Below are positions 50,257 to 60,624 of a stretch of 64,000 nucleotides of DNA, one piece after another; the stretch's first letter is position 1; every line of letters starts with the position of its first letter. A program made the position numbers and the translations under genes. The notes below the pieces were generated by a model. That model was not told the origin of the DNA, ran no database searches, and saw nothing but the letters and a program-made list of their open reading frames with translations. Origin of the DNA: Pseudomonadota bacterium (GTDB taxonomy: Bacteria > Bdellovibrionota_C > UBA2361 > OMII01); the NCBI GenBank assembly GCA_038134595.1, contig JAYPVM010000006.1:67440-131439 (forward strand). The letters run 5' to 3'.

Positions 50257-50583
50257 ATGGCAGGTAATGTCGCAGAGATAAGCGATGCAGAATTTGATGA
50301 AAAAGTACTGAAGGCTTCCAACGTGGTAGTGGTAGACTTTTGGGCTCCATGGTGTGGTCCATGCAAGAGCATCGCTCCTGTATTGGAAGAAGTTGCATCC
50401 GACCTCGGAGATGCTGTGGCAATTTACAAGATAAACGTTGATGACAACAACAAGAGCCCAGCTCAATACAACGTTCGGGCTATACCAAACCTAATTATCT
50501 TCAAAGGTGGTGCAGAGGTTGATAGAGTGGTCGGTGCAGTACCTAAAGAGCAACTAGTAGATACTATCAAGAAAGCGCTCTAG
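50257..50583 (+). CDS. trxA: Thioredoxin
   Basis: 108 aa with the WCGPC active site. A strong SD (GGAAGGAG) sits 6 nt upstream. Confidence 0.9.
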   Translation: MAGNVAEISDAEFDEKVLKASNVVVVDFWAPWCGPCKSIAPVLEEVASDLGDAVAIYKINVDDNNKSPAQYNVRAIPNLIIFKGGAEVDRVVGAVPKEQLVDTIKKAL

Positions 50584-50645
50584 ACCTGTTAACTGAACCG
50601 TGCAGTGCCATTCACAACGAGTGCACTGACAAACAGGCATACTGC

Positions 50646-50700
50646 TGACCGCCACAAGTCCAAACCTCAGCGAGGAACCTGTGGCGGTCTCTTTACTTTA
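50646..50700 (+). terminator. Possible intrinsic terminator downstream of trxA
   Basis: 10-bp stem GACCGCCACA / TGTGGCGGTC (50646-50655 / 50679-50688) followed by TCTTTACTTT. The 23-nt loop is long, hence the low confidence. Confidence 0.3.
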
Positions 50701-50720
50701 GGCCCGGCAATTACATCAGC

Positions 50721-51599
50721 ATGAAACCTTCCGCAAAAAATTGGTTTGCACTAACGGTCACTCCCACCCAAGAAAATCCAGATAGCGAATTAATCGATAG
50801 CATCTCGCTTAATCTAATGGAGCTTGGCGCCGCAGGGACAGCTGTAATGCAAGCGCCAGATATTGTGGCGTATATCGAAGGCGATGAAGCCTCATGCAGA
50901 GCCATACAAAATTGCCTTGCCCAAATCGGTTGTACAGAAAAATCACTTCATAAATTAGAAGACTCGAACTGGCTAGGCAGCTGTCCCGACATCTGGGAAC
51001 CACAAAAAATTGACGACCTAACCATTATTCCCGTGGAATCGCTGGATGCGGCAAAAGCCATCCCGAATACCGACGAAATACAACTTATCCCGGGACAAGG
51101 ATTTGGAACAGGTCATCATGCCACAACCCGCATGATGATTTCGGCAATTCAAAAAAGTGCTATGTATTTTAAAGATAGATCAGAGGTTTGTATTCTAGAC
51201 GTTGGCACCGGTAGTGGCATTCTAGCAATAGCTGCGACGAAACTAGTTTCTTCGTGCCACGTAAATGCTATCGACATCGACGAAGATGCACTTTCTAATG
51301 CTCGCGAAAACTGTCTCCTTAACAAGGTTGCGCAAAAAATAGAATTATCAACAACTCCCGTAGAAGATATCGTAGATGCATATGATATGATACTTGCCAA
51401 CGTCTACGGAGAGGTTTTAATTCAAATGGCGCCTGATTTCGGTCGAATTAGCAAATCGGGCACGATTGTTTTGCTGTCAGGAATTACTGAAATTGTCTGG
51501 CCATCGGTACAAAATGCATTCATGCAGCAAGGAGGCTGGAAAGTTACCAATATTACCCAGGAAGGCGAATGGATGTGTGCAGATTTACGTCGACTGTAG
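50721..51599 (+). CDS. prmA: Ribosomal protein L11 methyltransferase PrmA
   Basis: 292 aa with the PrmA catalytic motifs (FGTGHHATT, DVGTGSGILAIAA). Confidence 0.85.
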   Translation: MKPSAKNWFALTVTPTQENPDSELIDSISLNLMELGAAGTAVMQAPDIVAYIEGDEASCRAIQNCLAQIGCTEKSLHKLEDSNWLGSCPDIWEPQKIDDLTIIPVESLDAAKAIPNTDEIQLIPGQGFGTGHHATTRMMISAIQKSAMYFKDRSEVCILDVGTGSGILAIAATKLVSSCHVNAIDIDEDALSNARENCLLNKVAQKIELSTTPVEDIVDAYDMILANVYGEVLIQMAPDFGRISKSGTIVLLSGITEIVWPSVQNAFMQQGGWKVTNITQEGEWMCADLRRL

Positions 51600-51986
51600 C
51601 AACATCCACAACCGGCATCATGCATCTGCCTTTAGACTTCGATAGCATGCATCTTACGTGAGAGATTATCCCCAACAAAAAACGTACAGAAACAACTTCA
51701 CACTTACTTTCCAGATATTTTGCTAGATCAACGTTTACGAGACTGATTAGGAGCCCTTTGGGTGGCAACGCCCTGGCACTACATACATGATATATGCCCT
51801 TCCCTGAAAGAATAACCGTTCTGATCATTATCCGTTGCCTAGTCGAAGTAACATCTCTTATTATAGAAGGAATATATATTGTTTAATTCCCTCCTCACGG
51901 GGAGAATCACCGACATAACGGGTTCCACAGAGTACTGTTCGTGACGAAGCGCTTACCAGTATAGGATTAGGAGATTTATAGATAAT

Positions 51987-53018
51987 ATGAAGGCTATATT
52001 TTTCGATGAGCACGGGGATATCAACGTTTTAAAGCATGCAGATCTACCAGAACCTGAGCCAAAACCAGGTGAGGCTTTAATACGAGTCCGAGCTGTTGCA
52101 CTCAATCACCTCGACATATGGGTCCGAAAAGGTTGGCCAGGACTTCATCTTCCTCTACCCCATATCGGTGGGGCTGACATTGCAGGAGAGATAGTTTCAA
52201 TCAACTCGCCTGGTTCGACATGGTCCACTGGCTCCCGTGTTATTATATATCCCGGCATAACTACGGCCGACGACGAATGGACAAGAACTGGACAAGAGAG
52301 CTTAAGTCCTGGATACAAGATTGTTGGAGAACAAACTCAGGGAGGATTTGCTGAGTTTGTCACTGTGCCGACGCAAAACTTGTTCCGCTTGCCGGATGGG
52401 ATATCATTTGAAGATGGTGCCGCCCCGCTACTAGTGGGTGTGACCGCATGGAGAATGCTTTTCACCCGTGCTCAGCTCACAGCGGGAGATTCAGTGCTCG
52501 TTGTCGGATCGGGCGGAGGGGTCAATTCCCTCTCTATTATGCTTGCCAGAAGTGCTGGCGCTCACGTCATTGCTTTGGCTGGAAACGCAACGAAATGTGA
52601 CCGTGCCCTTCAAATTGGTGCTCATAGTGTCATCGATTACTCCAAGAATCTCGACTGGCATACGGAGGTCTTAAAATTAACCAAAGGTCGGGGCGTCGAT
52701 ATTGTGGTTGATAACGTAGGCTCAAGAACAATGCACAAGAGCCTTCGAAGTGTTGCCCGAGGTGGAAAAATCGTAACCGTGGGCAATACAAAGGGTTTCG
52801 AATTATCTTTTGACAATCGATTGCTCTTTACAAAACAAGTTTCCTTGGTGGGGTCAACTATGGGTAGTAGACAAGACTTTATAGAGGCGATTGACTATAT
52901 ATTTAAAAATAATATTAAAATCCCAATCGATACGGTCGCACCACTAGCCCAGGGTATTCAGATGATAAAAAAATTAGAAGACGGCGATCATTTCGGAAAA
53001 CTGGTATTAGCTCCGTAA
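51987..53018 (+). CDS. Zinc-type alcohol dehydrogenase / quinone oxidoreductase (MDR superfamily)
   Basis: 343 aa with a GroES-like N-terminal domain and a Rossmann motif (VLVVGSGGGVNSLSIMLA). Confidence 0.8.
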   Translation: MKAIFFDEHGDINVLKHADLPEPEPKPGEALIRVRAVALNHLDIWVRKGWPGLHLPLPHIGGADIAGEIVSINSPGSTWSTGSRVIIYPGITTADDEWTRTGQESLSPGYKIVGEQTQGGFAEFVTVPTQNLFRLPDGISFEDGAAPLLVGVTAWRMLFTRAQLTAGDSVLVVGSGGGVNSLSIMLARSAGAHVIALAGNATKCDRALQIGAHSVIDYSKNLDWHTEVLKLTKGRGVDIVVDNVGSRTMHKSLRSVARGGKIVTVGNTKGFELSFDNRLLFTKQVSLVGSTMGSRQDFIEAIDYIFKNNIKIPIDTVAPLAQGIQMIKKLEDGDHFGKLVLAP

Positions 53019-53050
53019 TCAATACTACTACGCTCTCTTAATTTTCAGGC

Positions 53051-54391
53051 TTATTGCACCGAGTGTTTAGGAGCATCGTTTCTCGATTCCACCAGCAACG
53101 TAATTCGCTCGCACAGTCTTACGTGGTCCTTATTGTCGAAATCCATAAGTGACAATCCTAGCGCGTTCTCTATCACGGCTTCTATATCTCGAGCCTGATC
53201 TGCAGATACAGCCATGTCTATCTCACCTCGAAGCACACCCGGAACAAATTCATAGAGCCCATTCGGAAATTCTACAATGTGGCGTACCCTACCCTGCCAG
53301 CGATTAACACAGGCCTCTATCGTCTTTTCTCTGATACCCGCTGAACGCGCCTGCGCCCGAAACAACGCAACCTCTCCACCCAAATGAACACCCGAAAGGG
53401 GTCGAGAGAAAAATTTCATCTTACGATCTTTGGACGTTCGATATGAAAGCATTGCTTGGACAATCTGAGAGGCCGACCTAAAGGCATCCCAGGGTGCTCG
53501 ATGATTGCAATAAAACACGCCTTTTGTTTGGACCACTGAATAGGCTGATTCAAACCGCCCTCTTACATTACGTGAAAACAGCATTGCATCTACACACAGC
53601 CCCATTTCCTGACATGCCGCTTCAAAAACCGCATCGACGGCATGCTCTATCAAACGCTCCTTGTTAAATAGCAGAGCTGCTTCGTATATCTCAGGAGAGC
53701 GTTTAATGACTATTACTTTTGCTCCATCAGGGCACTCAAAACATCCATACGATTTACCCGCTCGAGCATCGTGTGGAATTACCCTGTACCTGCGATAGAC
53801 CGCACTAACCTGAGATTTTGGAATGGCTGCAACTTGGCCGCCTAAGGCAGTACCGGGCAATCGTTCATGTGCGGGATCAACCATTAAGCCCCCACCACGC
53901 GCTCGAATTGGCACTTCCGAGCCTATGTCCCGAAATTGCACAATAAAGCACCCGCTCTTACTTTCTGCCTCAATATGATCAAACGCGATACGATCAAGGA
54001 CGACTGCTCCCTCTTGTCGTGCCGCAAGAACATACTCATTAATCAGCAAACGCTCATTAACATTATAGAGAGAGACGAACTTCTGAACTAACCTCTGTTG
54101 CGAACACCACGGTGAATCTATCTGAATATCCGCCTCAGTAATCAGATGTGGTGCGACATTCTTTTTTAATTTTGCAAGCAATCTCTTAGCGCGTAGAATG
54201 TTCAGAGGAGCATCTACAAGACTATCGACGGCCCTGAAATCCCACGGTAGCGCATTAACTCCGATAGGCTCAGAGTCCAGCAGCAAAACAGAGAATCCCC
54301 TCAATGCCGCTTCGTGTGCGACCAGAGCACTCGTTAATCCGCCACCGAAGAGAATAAGATCAAAATCATGCTCCGATCTCAGTTTCTCCAT
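53051..54391 (-). CDS. FAD-dependent glycerol-3-phosphate dehydrogenase-family oxidoreductase (GlpD/GlpA-like)
   Basis: FAD dinucleotide-binding motif (DLILFGGGLTSALVAHEAALRGFSVLLLD) near the N-terminus. The ORF track extends to 54559. The likely start is the MEKLRSEHDFD codon at 54391. Confidence 0.65.
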   Translation of the reverse strand: MEKLRSEHDFDLILFGGGLTSALVAHEAALRGFSVLLLDSEPIGVNALPWDFRAVDSLVDAPLNILRAKRLLAKLKKNVAPHLITEADIQIDSPWCSQQRLVQKFVSLYNVNERLLINEYVLAARQEGAVVLDRIAFDHIEAESKSGCFIVQFRDIGSEVPIRARGGGLMVDPAHERLPGTALGGQVAAIPKSQVSAVYRRYRVIPHDARAGKSYGCFECPDGAKVIVIKRSPEIYEAALLFNKERLIEHAVDAVFEAACQEMGLCVDAMLFSRNVRGRFESAYSVVQTKGVFYCNHRAPWDAFRSASQIVQAMLSYRTSKDRKMKFFSRPLSGVHLGGEVALFRAQARSAGIREKTIEACVNRWQGRVRHIVEFPNGLYEFVPGVLRGEIDMAVSADQARDIEAVIENALGLSLMDFDNKDHVRLCERITLLVESRNDAPKHSVQ

Positions 54392-54473
54392 GTTGGCTTC
54401 TCGAGTCGGAATCCTGGAGAAAATATCCCTATCCTCTACCTGGCCCGCATTCTCTTCATATAATGAAAGTAAT

Positions 54474-54869
54474 TCATTCGTCATCAAAATGCACCTTCCA
54501 TTCCTTTCCTTGTGGAATTTTGATCTGCCAAATTCCAGCCGGCATATTTCGAAAGACACATCGACGTGTCGCGTTTAAGATCACACTTCGATCCGCTGCT
54601 AGCCCGCTAATATTTACTGCTCGACATTCTTGACTGCTATCAGAATCAGATAATACGCCCGTCCCAATGTCACTTTTGATGGTAACAACCACTACAATTG
54701 GAGAGCGAACTACTTTAATCGCCCGTACAAGACCGGCAGAATCAAGGATTTTGAGCTCACTCGCGTATCCAGATGCCGCCCAAAACAATGTAAGGATCAA
54801 AGCACAGACGGGTCTCGCAATAAATCGAAGGCAATTACATTGACTCGGCACGTTACGATACCCCGACAT
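54474..54869 (-). CDS. Hypothetical small secreted protein (tentative)
   Basis: ORF with a signal-peptide-like segment (ARPVCALILTLFWAASGYA). It is wedged between purD, whose 3' end it overlaps by about 17 nt, and the GlpD-like gene. Confidence 0.3.
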   Translation of the reverse strand: MSGYRNVPSQCNCLRFIARPVCALILTLFWAASGYASELKILDSAGLVRAIKVVRSPIVVVVTIKSDIGTGVLSDSDSSQECRAVNISGLAADRSVILNATRRCVFRNMPAGIWQIKIPQGKEWKVHFDDE

Positions 54870-56118
54870 CTCGCCGTACTCGGCGTCCACGCAATTGTAG
54901 CAAATCAACAGCTTTATAAACAGAAGAGCGCACTGCCTCACTATCGCTTCCTTTTCCTACCACACAGAGTGTTCTTCCTCCCCCTGATTGCAAACTGCCA
55001 TTCTCACCACGTACCGTGGAAGCGTGAAAAATCGTAACATCGGGAATGAGAGATACTAAATCTAGCCCAGTGATCTCATCCCCAGTTTTCACATTTTCAG
55101 GATAGCCGTCGGACGCAATCACAACACACACAGCCGTGTCGGCACTCCATTGCACAACCGGCTTATTCTCATTTTGACCGCTCATCCATTCAAAAAGTTC
55201 TACCGGATCACTTTCAAGGCGAACCAAAATAGACTGACATTCGGGGTCTCCAAGACGAGTATTGTACTCCAACACCCGCACACCTTCCTCCGGCCTACGA
55301 TCCGGGTCGATCATCAATCCTGCGTATAAAAATCCGACAAACTGCTCCCCTCTCTCCTTCATTACGTCAATGATAGGTTGCGCACAATGGATCTCAATCC
55401 ACTGCAACAATTCATCGCTTATCCGAGGGGTTGGACAGACAGATCCCATTCCCCCGGTGTTTGGTCCCTGATCGTTATCAAGTAAACGCTTGTAGTCATG
55501 GGCAGGCGCAAGAGGAACAAGCGCATTTCCATTCGACGCAAAAATACAACTGACTTCAAAACCTTGGAGAAACTCCTCAACGACTACTTCTTCAACCCCG
55601 AGCACGTTGTAGAGCTGAAAAATAGCGCTTTCGAGCTCTTCTTGGGTGTGCACAACAAACACTCCCTTACCAGAGGCTAATCCATCAGCTTTGAGAACCA
55701 ACGGTAGGCCATGATCGCTACAATACGACTCTACCTCATTGCGATTAGCGCACAGCTTGTACGCTGCCGTAGGAACTTGCCCCTGACTCATGATCTCTTT
55801 GGCAAAACTCTTTGAACTCTCTAACCGAGCGGCCGCACGCGTCGGTCCGACGATCGGCAACCCATGATTTCGAAAAACATCAACTACTCCAACTGCAAGC
55901 GACGCCTCAGGTCCCACAATAGTCAGATTTACTCCGCTTTCCTTGGCATACGCTACCAACTCATCAACCTGCGTAACGCCAATGTCGATACACGTAGCGA
56001 TCTGCGCTATCCCTGCATTTCCAGGTGCGCACACTACTTCACTAACTCGAGGAGACTTCCGAAGGCTGTAACACAAGGCGTGTTCCCTACCACCTCCACC
56101 AATGACTAATATTTTCAT
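54853..56118 (-). CDS. purD: Phosphoribosylamine--glycine ligase PurD
   Basis: The start at 56118 has an AAGGTGA SD 5 nt upstream and gives the canonical PurD N-terminus (MKILVIGGGGREHAL). The ATP-grasp domain follows. Confidence 0.9.
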   Translation of the reverse strand: MKILVIGGGGREHALCYSLRKSPRVSEVVCAPGNAGIAQIATCIDIGVTQVDELVAYAKESGVNLTIVGPEASLAVGVVDVFRNHGLPIVGPTRAAARLESSKSFAKEIMSQGQVPTAAYKLCANRNEVESYCSDHGLPLVLKADGLASGKGVFVVHTQEELESAIFQLYNVLGVEEVVVEEFLQGFEVSCIFASNGNALVPLAPAHDYKRLLDNDQGPNTGGMGSVCPTPRISDELLQWIEIHCAQPIIDVMKERGEQFVGFLYAGLMIDPDRRPEEGVRVLEYNTRLGDPECQSILVRLESDPVELFEWMSGQNENKPVVQWSADTAVCVVIASDGYPENVKTGDEITGLDLVSLIPDVTIFHASTVRGENGSLQSGGGRTLCVVGKGSDSEAVRSSVYKAVDLLQLRGRRVRRDVGVS

Positions 56119-56152
56119 AACATCACCTTTCAATCAGACATAAGGGTAACTA

Positions 56153-57730
56153 TCAGTGGCGAAAATGCCTATCTGGAGCAAAAAACAAACTGATGTTCTT
56201 CTCCGTTGCAACCTTACAGACCTCATCATCCCGACGAGCTCCCGATGGAGCAACAACCGCACACACTCCCTGCTCCGCAAACGCCTCGATAGAATCGGCA
56301 AACGGGAAGAAGGCATCGGAGGCGGCAACAGCACCATCGACAATATGCCCGTGCATTTTAGCTTTTTTGAATGCCAACTCTATCGAATCAATACGACTCA
56401 TCTGACCAGCTCCAACACCGATTAAAAGGCCATCTCGAACTAGTACAATCGCATTTGATTTGACGTGTCCCACAACACGCCACGCCAATTCTATATCAGA
56501 AAGCTCTTCTTCACTCGGAATCCTCGAACTCACTAAGCCCTCAATAGTTACAGATGACCGCTCAACATCAGATTCCTGCACTAGTACCGAACCTGCTACA
56601 GTGCGCAACTCTAATCCACCTAAAGATCCATCACCAGTCTCGATAAGCCGAAGGTTTTTTCTTGTCTCGAGGATAGCTCGTGCCTCTTTCGAGTACGATG
56701 GCGCAATCACAATTTCAGCAAAATCTCCCTTTATCTCTTCTGCAGCCTCACCATCAACACAACAACTCAGGACAAGGATTCCTCCGAAATGACTACGAGG
56801 GTCGCATTGTTTTGCTCTTTGAATCGCAGAAACTGCCGTTTCCCCTGTTGCTAATCCGCATGGATTAAGGTGCTTAAGTATCGCCACGGTAGGTACACCT
56901 TTAGGCAAATCAGTCATTAATCGCAATCCTGCATCCAAATCGAGCATGTTATTGTAGGAAAGCTCCTTACCCTGTAACTGCTTCCAATGAACACCATCAA
57001 ACAATCGTAGTCTATTACCTTTACTAGCATACACAGCTCCCGCTTGATGCGGATTCTCTCCGTATCTGAGTGACGCACTCCGTTCTAAGGTAAGCGTGAG
57101 TGACTCCGGGAACGCATCTCCAGTTACTTCATGCTCCGCGTTTGATGCCAGATACGAACCTATCGAGGCATCATAACAGGACATGTAGGAAAATACTTTT
57201 GAAGCAAGTCGCCGTCGAAATGCACTATCAAACCCCTCGTTAGTCTTTACGCGGTCTATTATCTCTGGATAATCCGCCGGATCAATCACCGGTAGCACAT
57301 AGGCATGATTTTTGGCAGCGGCCCTGATCATCGTTGGACCACCGATATCAATAAGTTCCACCATTTCCTGCAAAGAACTTGCACGCTCACTATTTATGTA
57401 CTTTTGAAAAGGATAGAGATTCACCACTACTATATCGATAGCATCGATCTCGGCCTCAGCCAATTGCTGAGTGTGTGCAACGTTATCACGCTTGGCTAAT
57501 ATACCAGCGTGAATCTTTGGATGAAGGGTCTTCACTCGTCCATCAAGTAACTCAGCAACTCCCGTGTATGACTCTACACTCGTGCATGGAACATCCCCCT
57601 CTTTCAATAAGCGTCGCGTTCCAGAGGTAGCTAAAATTTCATAACCGGACTCCACTAAAGCTGCGCCAAGCTCAACTAACCCTTCTCCCTCAGAAACACT
57701 AAACAAAGCCCTCTTTTTCATTGAATCCAA
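56153..57730 (-). CDS. purH: Bifunctional AICAR transformylase / IMP cyclohydrolase PurH
   Basis: 525 aa with an MGS-like N-terminal domain (KRALFSVSEGEGLVELG) plus the AICARFT domain. Confidence 0.9.
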   Translation of the reverse strand: MDSMKKRALFSVSEGEGLVELGAALVESGYEILATSGTRRLLKEGDVPCTSVESYTGVAELLDGRVKTLHPKIHAGILAKRDNVAHTQQLAEAEIDAIDIVVVNLYPFQKYINSERASSLQEMVELIDIGGPTMIRAAAKNHAYVLPVIDPADYPEIIDRVKTNEGFDSAFRRRLASKVFSYMSCYDASIGSYLASNAEHEVTGDAFPESLTLTLERSASLRYGENPHQAGAVYASKGNRLRLFDGVHWKQLQGKELSYNNMLDLDAGLRLMTDLPKGVPTVAILKHLNPCGLATGETAVSAIQRAKQCDPRSHFGGILVLSCCVDGEAAEEIKGDFAEIVIAPSYSKEARAILETRKNLRLIETGDGSLGGLELRTVAGSVLVQESDVERSSVTIEGLVSSRIPSEEELSDIELAWRVVGHVKSNAIVLVRDGLLIGVGAGQMSRIDSIELAFKKAKMHGHIVDGAVAASDAFFPFADSIEAFAEQGVCAVVAPSGARRDDEVCKVATEKNISLFFAPDRHFRH

Positions 57731-57990
57731 TCCCCAGCACTGTATCGAAATTTTTGTTTTAGTAGAGCTCCTAAGAGAAGTAACTTTAAGAGCCCTTTTT
57801 GCTCGCTAATACCTTAGCTTTTTTAGTTTTTTTCTTCTAGTCTCGGTTTGGCCTCTCAAACCCAACAAAACGCATCTATGAAGAAGCCTACTAAGTATTG
57901 TATTTTCAAGGCGTTAAGGCCTTTCTCGTGCGATTCCCGAGCAACCTATTCCAAGATGCATAGTTGCAGCAACTACGATATCCTTGAAAC

Positions 57991-59652
57991 ATGTCCAATA
58001 CGCAACAACAACAAGAGCTATTAGAGCTCAATTCTCTGCGATGCGCCGCTGGCACGGATATCGGGATGCTCCGTCGAGAGAATCAAGATTCATTCGGAAT
58101 CATTCGAAATACATCTTTTCATGCCTACTTTGTGGCAGATGGAATGGGTGGAACCCAAGGTGGTGCTGTAGCATCAAGAATGACAATCAGCGCTCTTGAA
58201 AAAGAACTTGATGAAATTACAACCCCTCCAAGTGTCGGCGAACTACAAGAACTGTTAAAAAAAATCAATAAAGAGATATTTACCGCGGGCCAGAAGAATC
58301 CCGGCCTCGCCGGAATGGGGACAACTCTTGTAGGGCTGGTGTTTTCAAACGAATCGGTGACTTCCCTTTATGTCGGAGATTCAAGAGCATACCGGATTCG
58401 AGGAAACGAAATAACCCAAATATCAGAAGATCACACTCTCATTAAAGAGCTCATCAAAACCGGAGCCGTCGATCCACAGGAAGAATCCTCCCATCCTATA
58501 TCTCATTTGCTCACGAAATCGTTGGGTCCTACTGCAAACATACGGATCGATTGCACCCACTACCAACATCCTGCGCAACGAGGAGATAGCTACATTCTGT
58601 GTTCAGATGGTCTCTACAATTATGTATCTAAAGAGGAGATCCTCTCAGTAGCGCTACAAAACTCGCCTGATGATGCCAGCCAAATTTTAATAAACCTGGC
58701 CAATCAGCGCGGCGGGGCTGACAACATTACATTACTAATCGTTTCGGTCGAATCTGACCAACAAATACGACTCAACCGAACTTTTAGTGAATTTGACGAC
58801 GCCATTTCAGATCAGGACATCTATCCTCCAGAACAGGTGACACTACTCGAAGACACTGCACATACCGCTATCATCCCCCCCCCGGTACAAGAACCCCGCG
58901 ACATGCGGGCTGAGCGCCGAACACTGCGCGAACAAAGGAAGAAAGCAGACACAAAAACTCCCTCGTATTCTATCGCCCTACTCCTTGCAATAACACTATT
59001 GGCAGGCCTTGCTATCGGAAATATTGGCAAAAGCATTTCTTCCGCCTTTACAGTCAAACAACGTCAGACCTCTCAGTCACCGACAACATTCTCAGAGATT
59101 ATGGCAAAAATAAAAGATGGATTTCCGAGTCAAGATTCCGGCCGATACGTTTCCAAGAACTCTCTACAAGCCAAACCCGACAAACAGCCACTTGCAATAA
59201 ACACAACCTCAGGCAATAAGCTGGGCACATCCACTGAGCCGCAAACATCAGACGTAGATGCCGAGCCAGCTCATCCGGGCACCTCCCCAGCTATGGATAG
59301 CGATAAACTCAGGCGAGTGCTCGACTCCTGGAAAAGAAAGTCGCTATTTCTCGCAGAAAACGAAGCACACTATCTGTCTCCTTTACTGTTAGACGCACTC
59401 GAAAATTATTCAGAACTGATACAAAACACTAGAGTAAGGCTTGAAAGTCTATCCTCCAGAATAAATGCGACAGAAAATTATTCAAAGATTCATCCGGAGA
59501 AAAAGGAGATCCAAGAAGAACTTAAAAGTCTGAAAACAGCCGAGATACAGGCAAAAAAACAACTGCGCCAGAGCGTTCATGAACTTGTACAAACAAATAT
59601 CGAGGTACTATCTGCACAACTTCAGTCGCTACGATCAGACAACCGGCCCTAG
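57991..59652 (+). CDS. PP2C-family Ser/Thr phosphatase with a TM segment and C-terminal extension of about 210 aa
   Basis: PP2C motifs (RRENQDSF, FVADGMGG, CSDGL, GGADNIT) in residues about 1-250. A TM helix (ALLLAITLLAGLAIGNI) is followed by an S/T/P-rich and coiled-coil tail. Confidence 0.8.
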   Translation: MSNTQQQQELLELNSLRCAAGTDIGMLRRENQDSFGIIRNTSFHAYFVADGMGGTQGGAVASRMTISALEKELDEITTPPSVGELQELLKKINKEIFTAGQKNPGLAGMGTTLVGLVFSNESVTSLYVGDSRAYRIRGNEITQISEDHTLIKELIKTGAVDPQEESSHPISHLLTKSLGPTANIRIDCTHYQHPAQRGDSYILCSDGLYNYVSKEEILSVALQNSPDDASQILINLANQRGGADNITLLIVSVESDQQIRLNRTFSEFDDAISDQDIYPPEQVTLLEDTAHTAIIPPPVQEPRDMRAERRTLREQRKKADTKTPSYSIALLLAITLLAGLAIGNIGKSISSAFTVKQRQTSQSPTTFSEIMAKIKDGFPSQDSGRYVSKNSLQAKPDKQPLAINTTSGNKLGTSTEPQTSDVDAEPAHPGTSPAMDSDKLRRVLDSWKRKSLFLAENEAHYLSPLLLDALENYSELIQNTRVRLESLSSRINATENYSKIHPEKKEIQEELKSLKTAEIQAKKQLRQSVHELVQTNIEVLSAQLQSLRSDNRP

Positions 59653-60596
59653 CGAACTTCTCTGATAAATGGGTCAGTGGGGATATACCTTTCAGATCGA
59701 AGCTGCAAGATTAAGCGTTCAGCATACAATTTATTTTTCTCAGGACCTACAAGAACTCTATAGAAACTTTGCTGTCCAATAACTACAGATTCAATTGCGA
59801 TAGGAAAGCCAGACTGCTTCAGACGCCGCGCCAACTTATCAGCATCCTGTAGTCGTTTTGGTGCCGCAACTTGCGCATAAAAACCAGTCGGTATTGACTC
59901 CGCAAATTTGCTATCGTCGCTGATAGCTTTCGGCGCTTGTTTTATTGCTTCTGCAGCAACTCGATCCTTTTCTCCTTGCCGTGCTAGGGGGTTCTTCTCC
60001 GAGGCAGGCTTCTCTTTCAAAACCCTTGGAATCGATGCCTCATCTCCAATGATAAGCTCTCCACCCGAAGTCAAATCCCGAAATAAGTCGTCACCTAAAT
60101 CGCTCGGTTCGCCCCTATCTAAACCACTGGAATTCTTACCAGCTACCGCGCTTTCAGCCTCAAGCTTGATAGCTTCTCCACTCTCTTCAATAATTGCGGG
60201 TCGATTGAGCTTCTCATAAATCTTCGCCGAATTCTTTTCTACATCAACAAACGAAACATGGGGGACTGACAATTTTGCAAGATCTATTGCTGAGGTATCA
60301 CGAGCAACCTGAAATCCTACGTGTCGACCCGAGTAAAATCCGACAAAGTATGCGCCACATATGCCCGCCAATGCAAGGCCTATCCATACAGCGACCTGTA
60401 ACTTACCCAACCGAACTTGAACCATTTGGGATTGATATCCTTCTCGCTCCGATGACGGACGCATCGTATATCCTTCCCGATTACCGCGGCTATTATGTCT
60501 GTAATAGCCGCTATTTCGCCCCTTATTTTCAGCTGCAGAGCCTCGCATACATCCCTCCCGATACGCAGTACGGTCAATACAATTTCCAAGGAACAA
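59649..60596 (-). CDS. SPOR-domain (peptidoglycan-binding) protein, single TM
   Basis: A C-terminal SPOR domain of about 75 aa (FYAQVAAPKRLQDADKLARRLKQSGFPIAIE...FYRVLVGPEKNKLYAERL), a TM (VAVWIGLALAGICGAYFVGF) and a Lys/Glu-rich linker. The start is uncertain: internal ATGs are at 60464 and 60425. Its 3' end overlaps the PP2C gene's 3' end by 4 nt (convergent). Confidence 0.6.
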   Translation of the reverse strand: MFLGNCIDRTAYREGCMRGSAAENKGRNSGYYRHNSRGNREGYTMRPSSEREGYQSQMVQVRLGKLQVAVWIGLALAGICGAYFVGFYSGRHVGFQVARDTSAIDLAKLSVPHVSFVDVEKNSAKIYEKLNRPAIIEESGEAIKLEAESAVAGKNSSGLDRGEPSDLGDDLFRDLTSGGELIIGDEASIPRVLKEKPASEKNPLARQGEKDRVAAEAIKQAPKAISDDSKFAESIPTGFYAQVAAPKRLQDADKLARRLKQSGFPIAIESVVIGQQSFYRVLVGPEKNKLYAERLILQLRSERYIPTDPFIREVR

Positions 60597-60624
60597 TCCT
60601 TCTAAAGACCGGTCAAATATGGGC

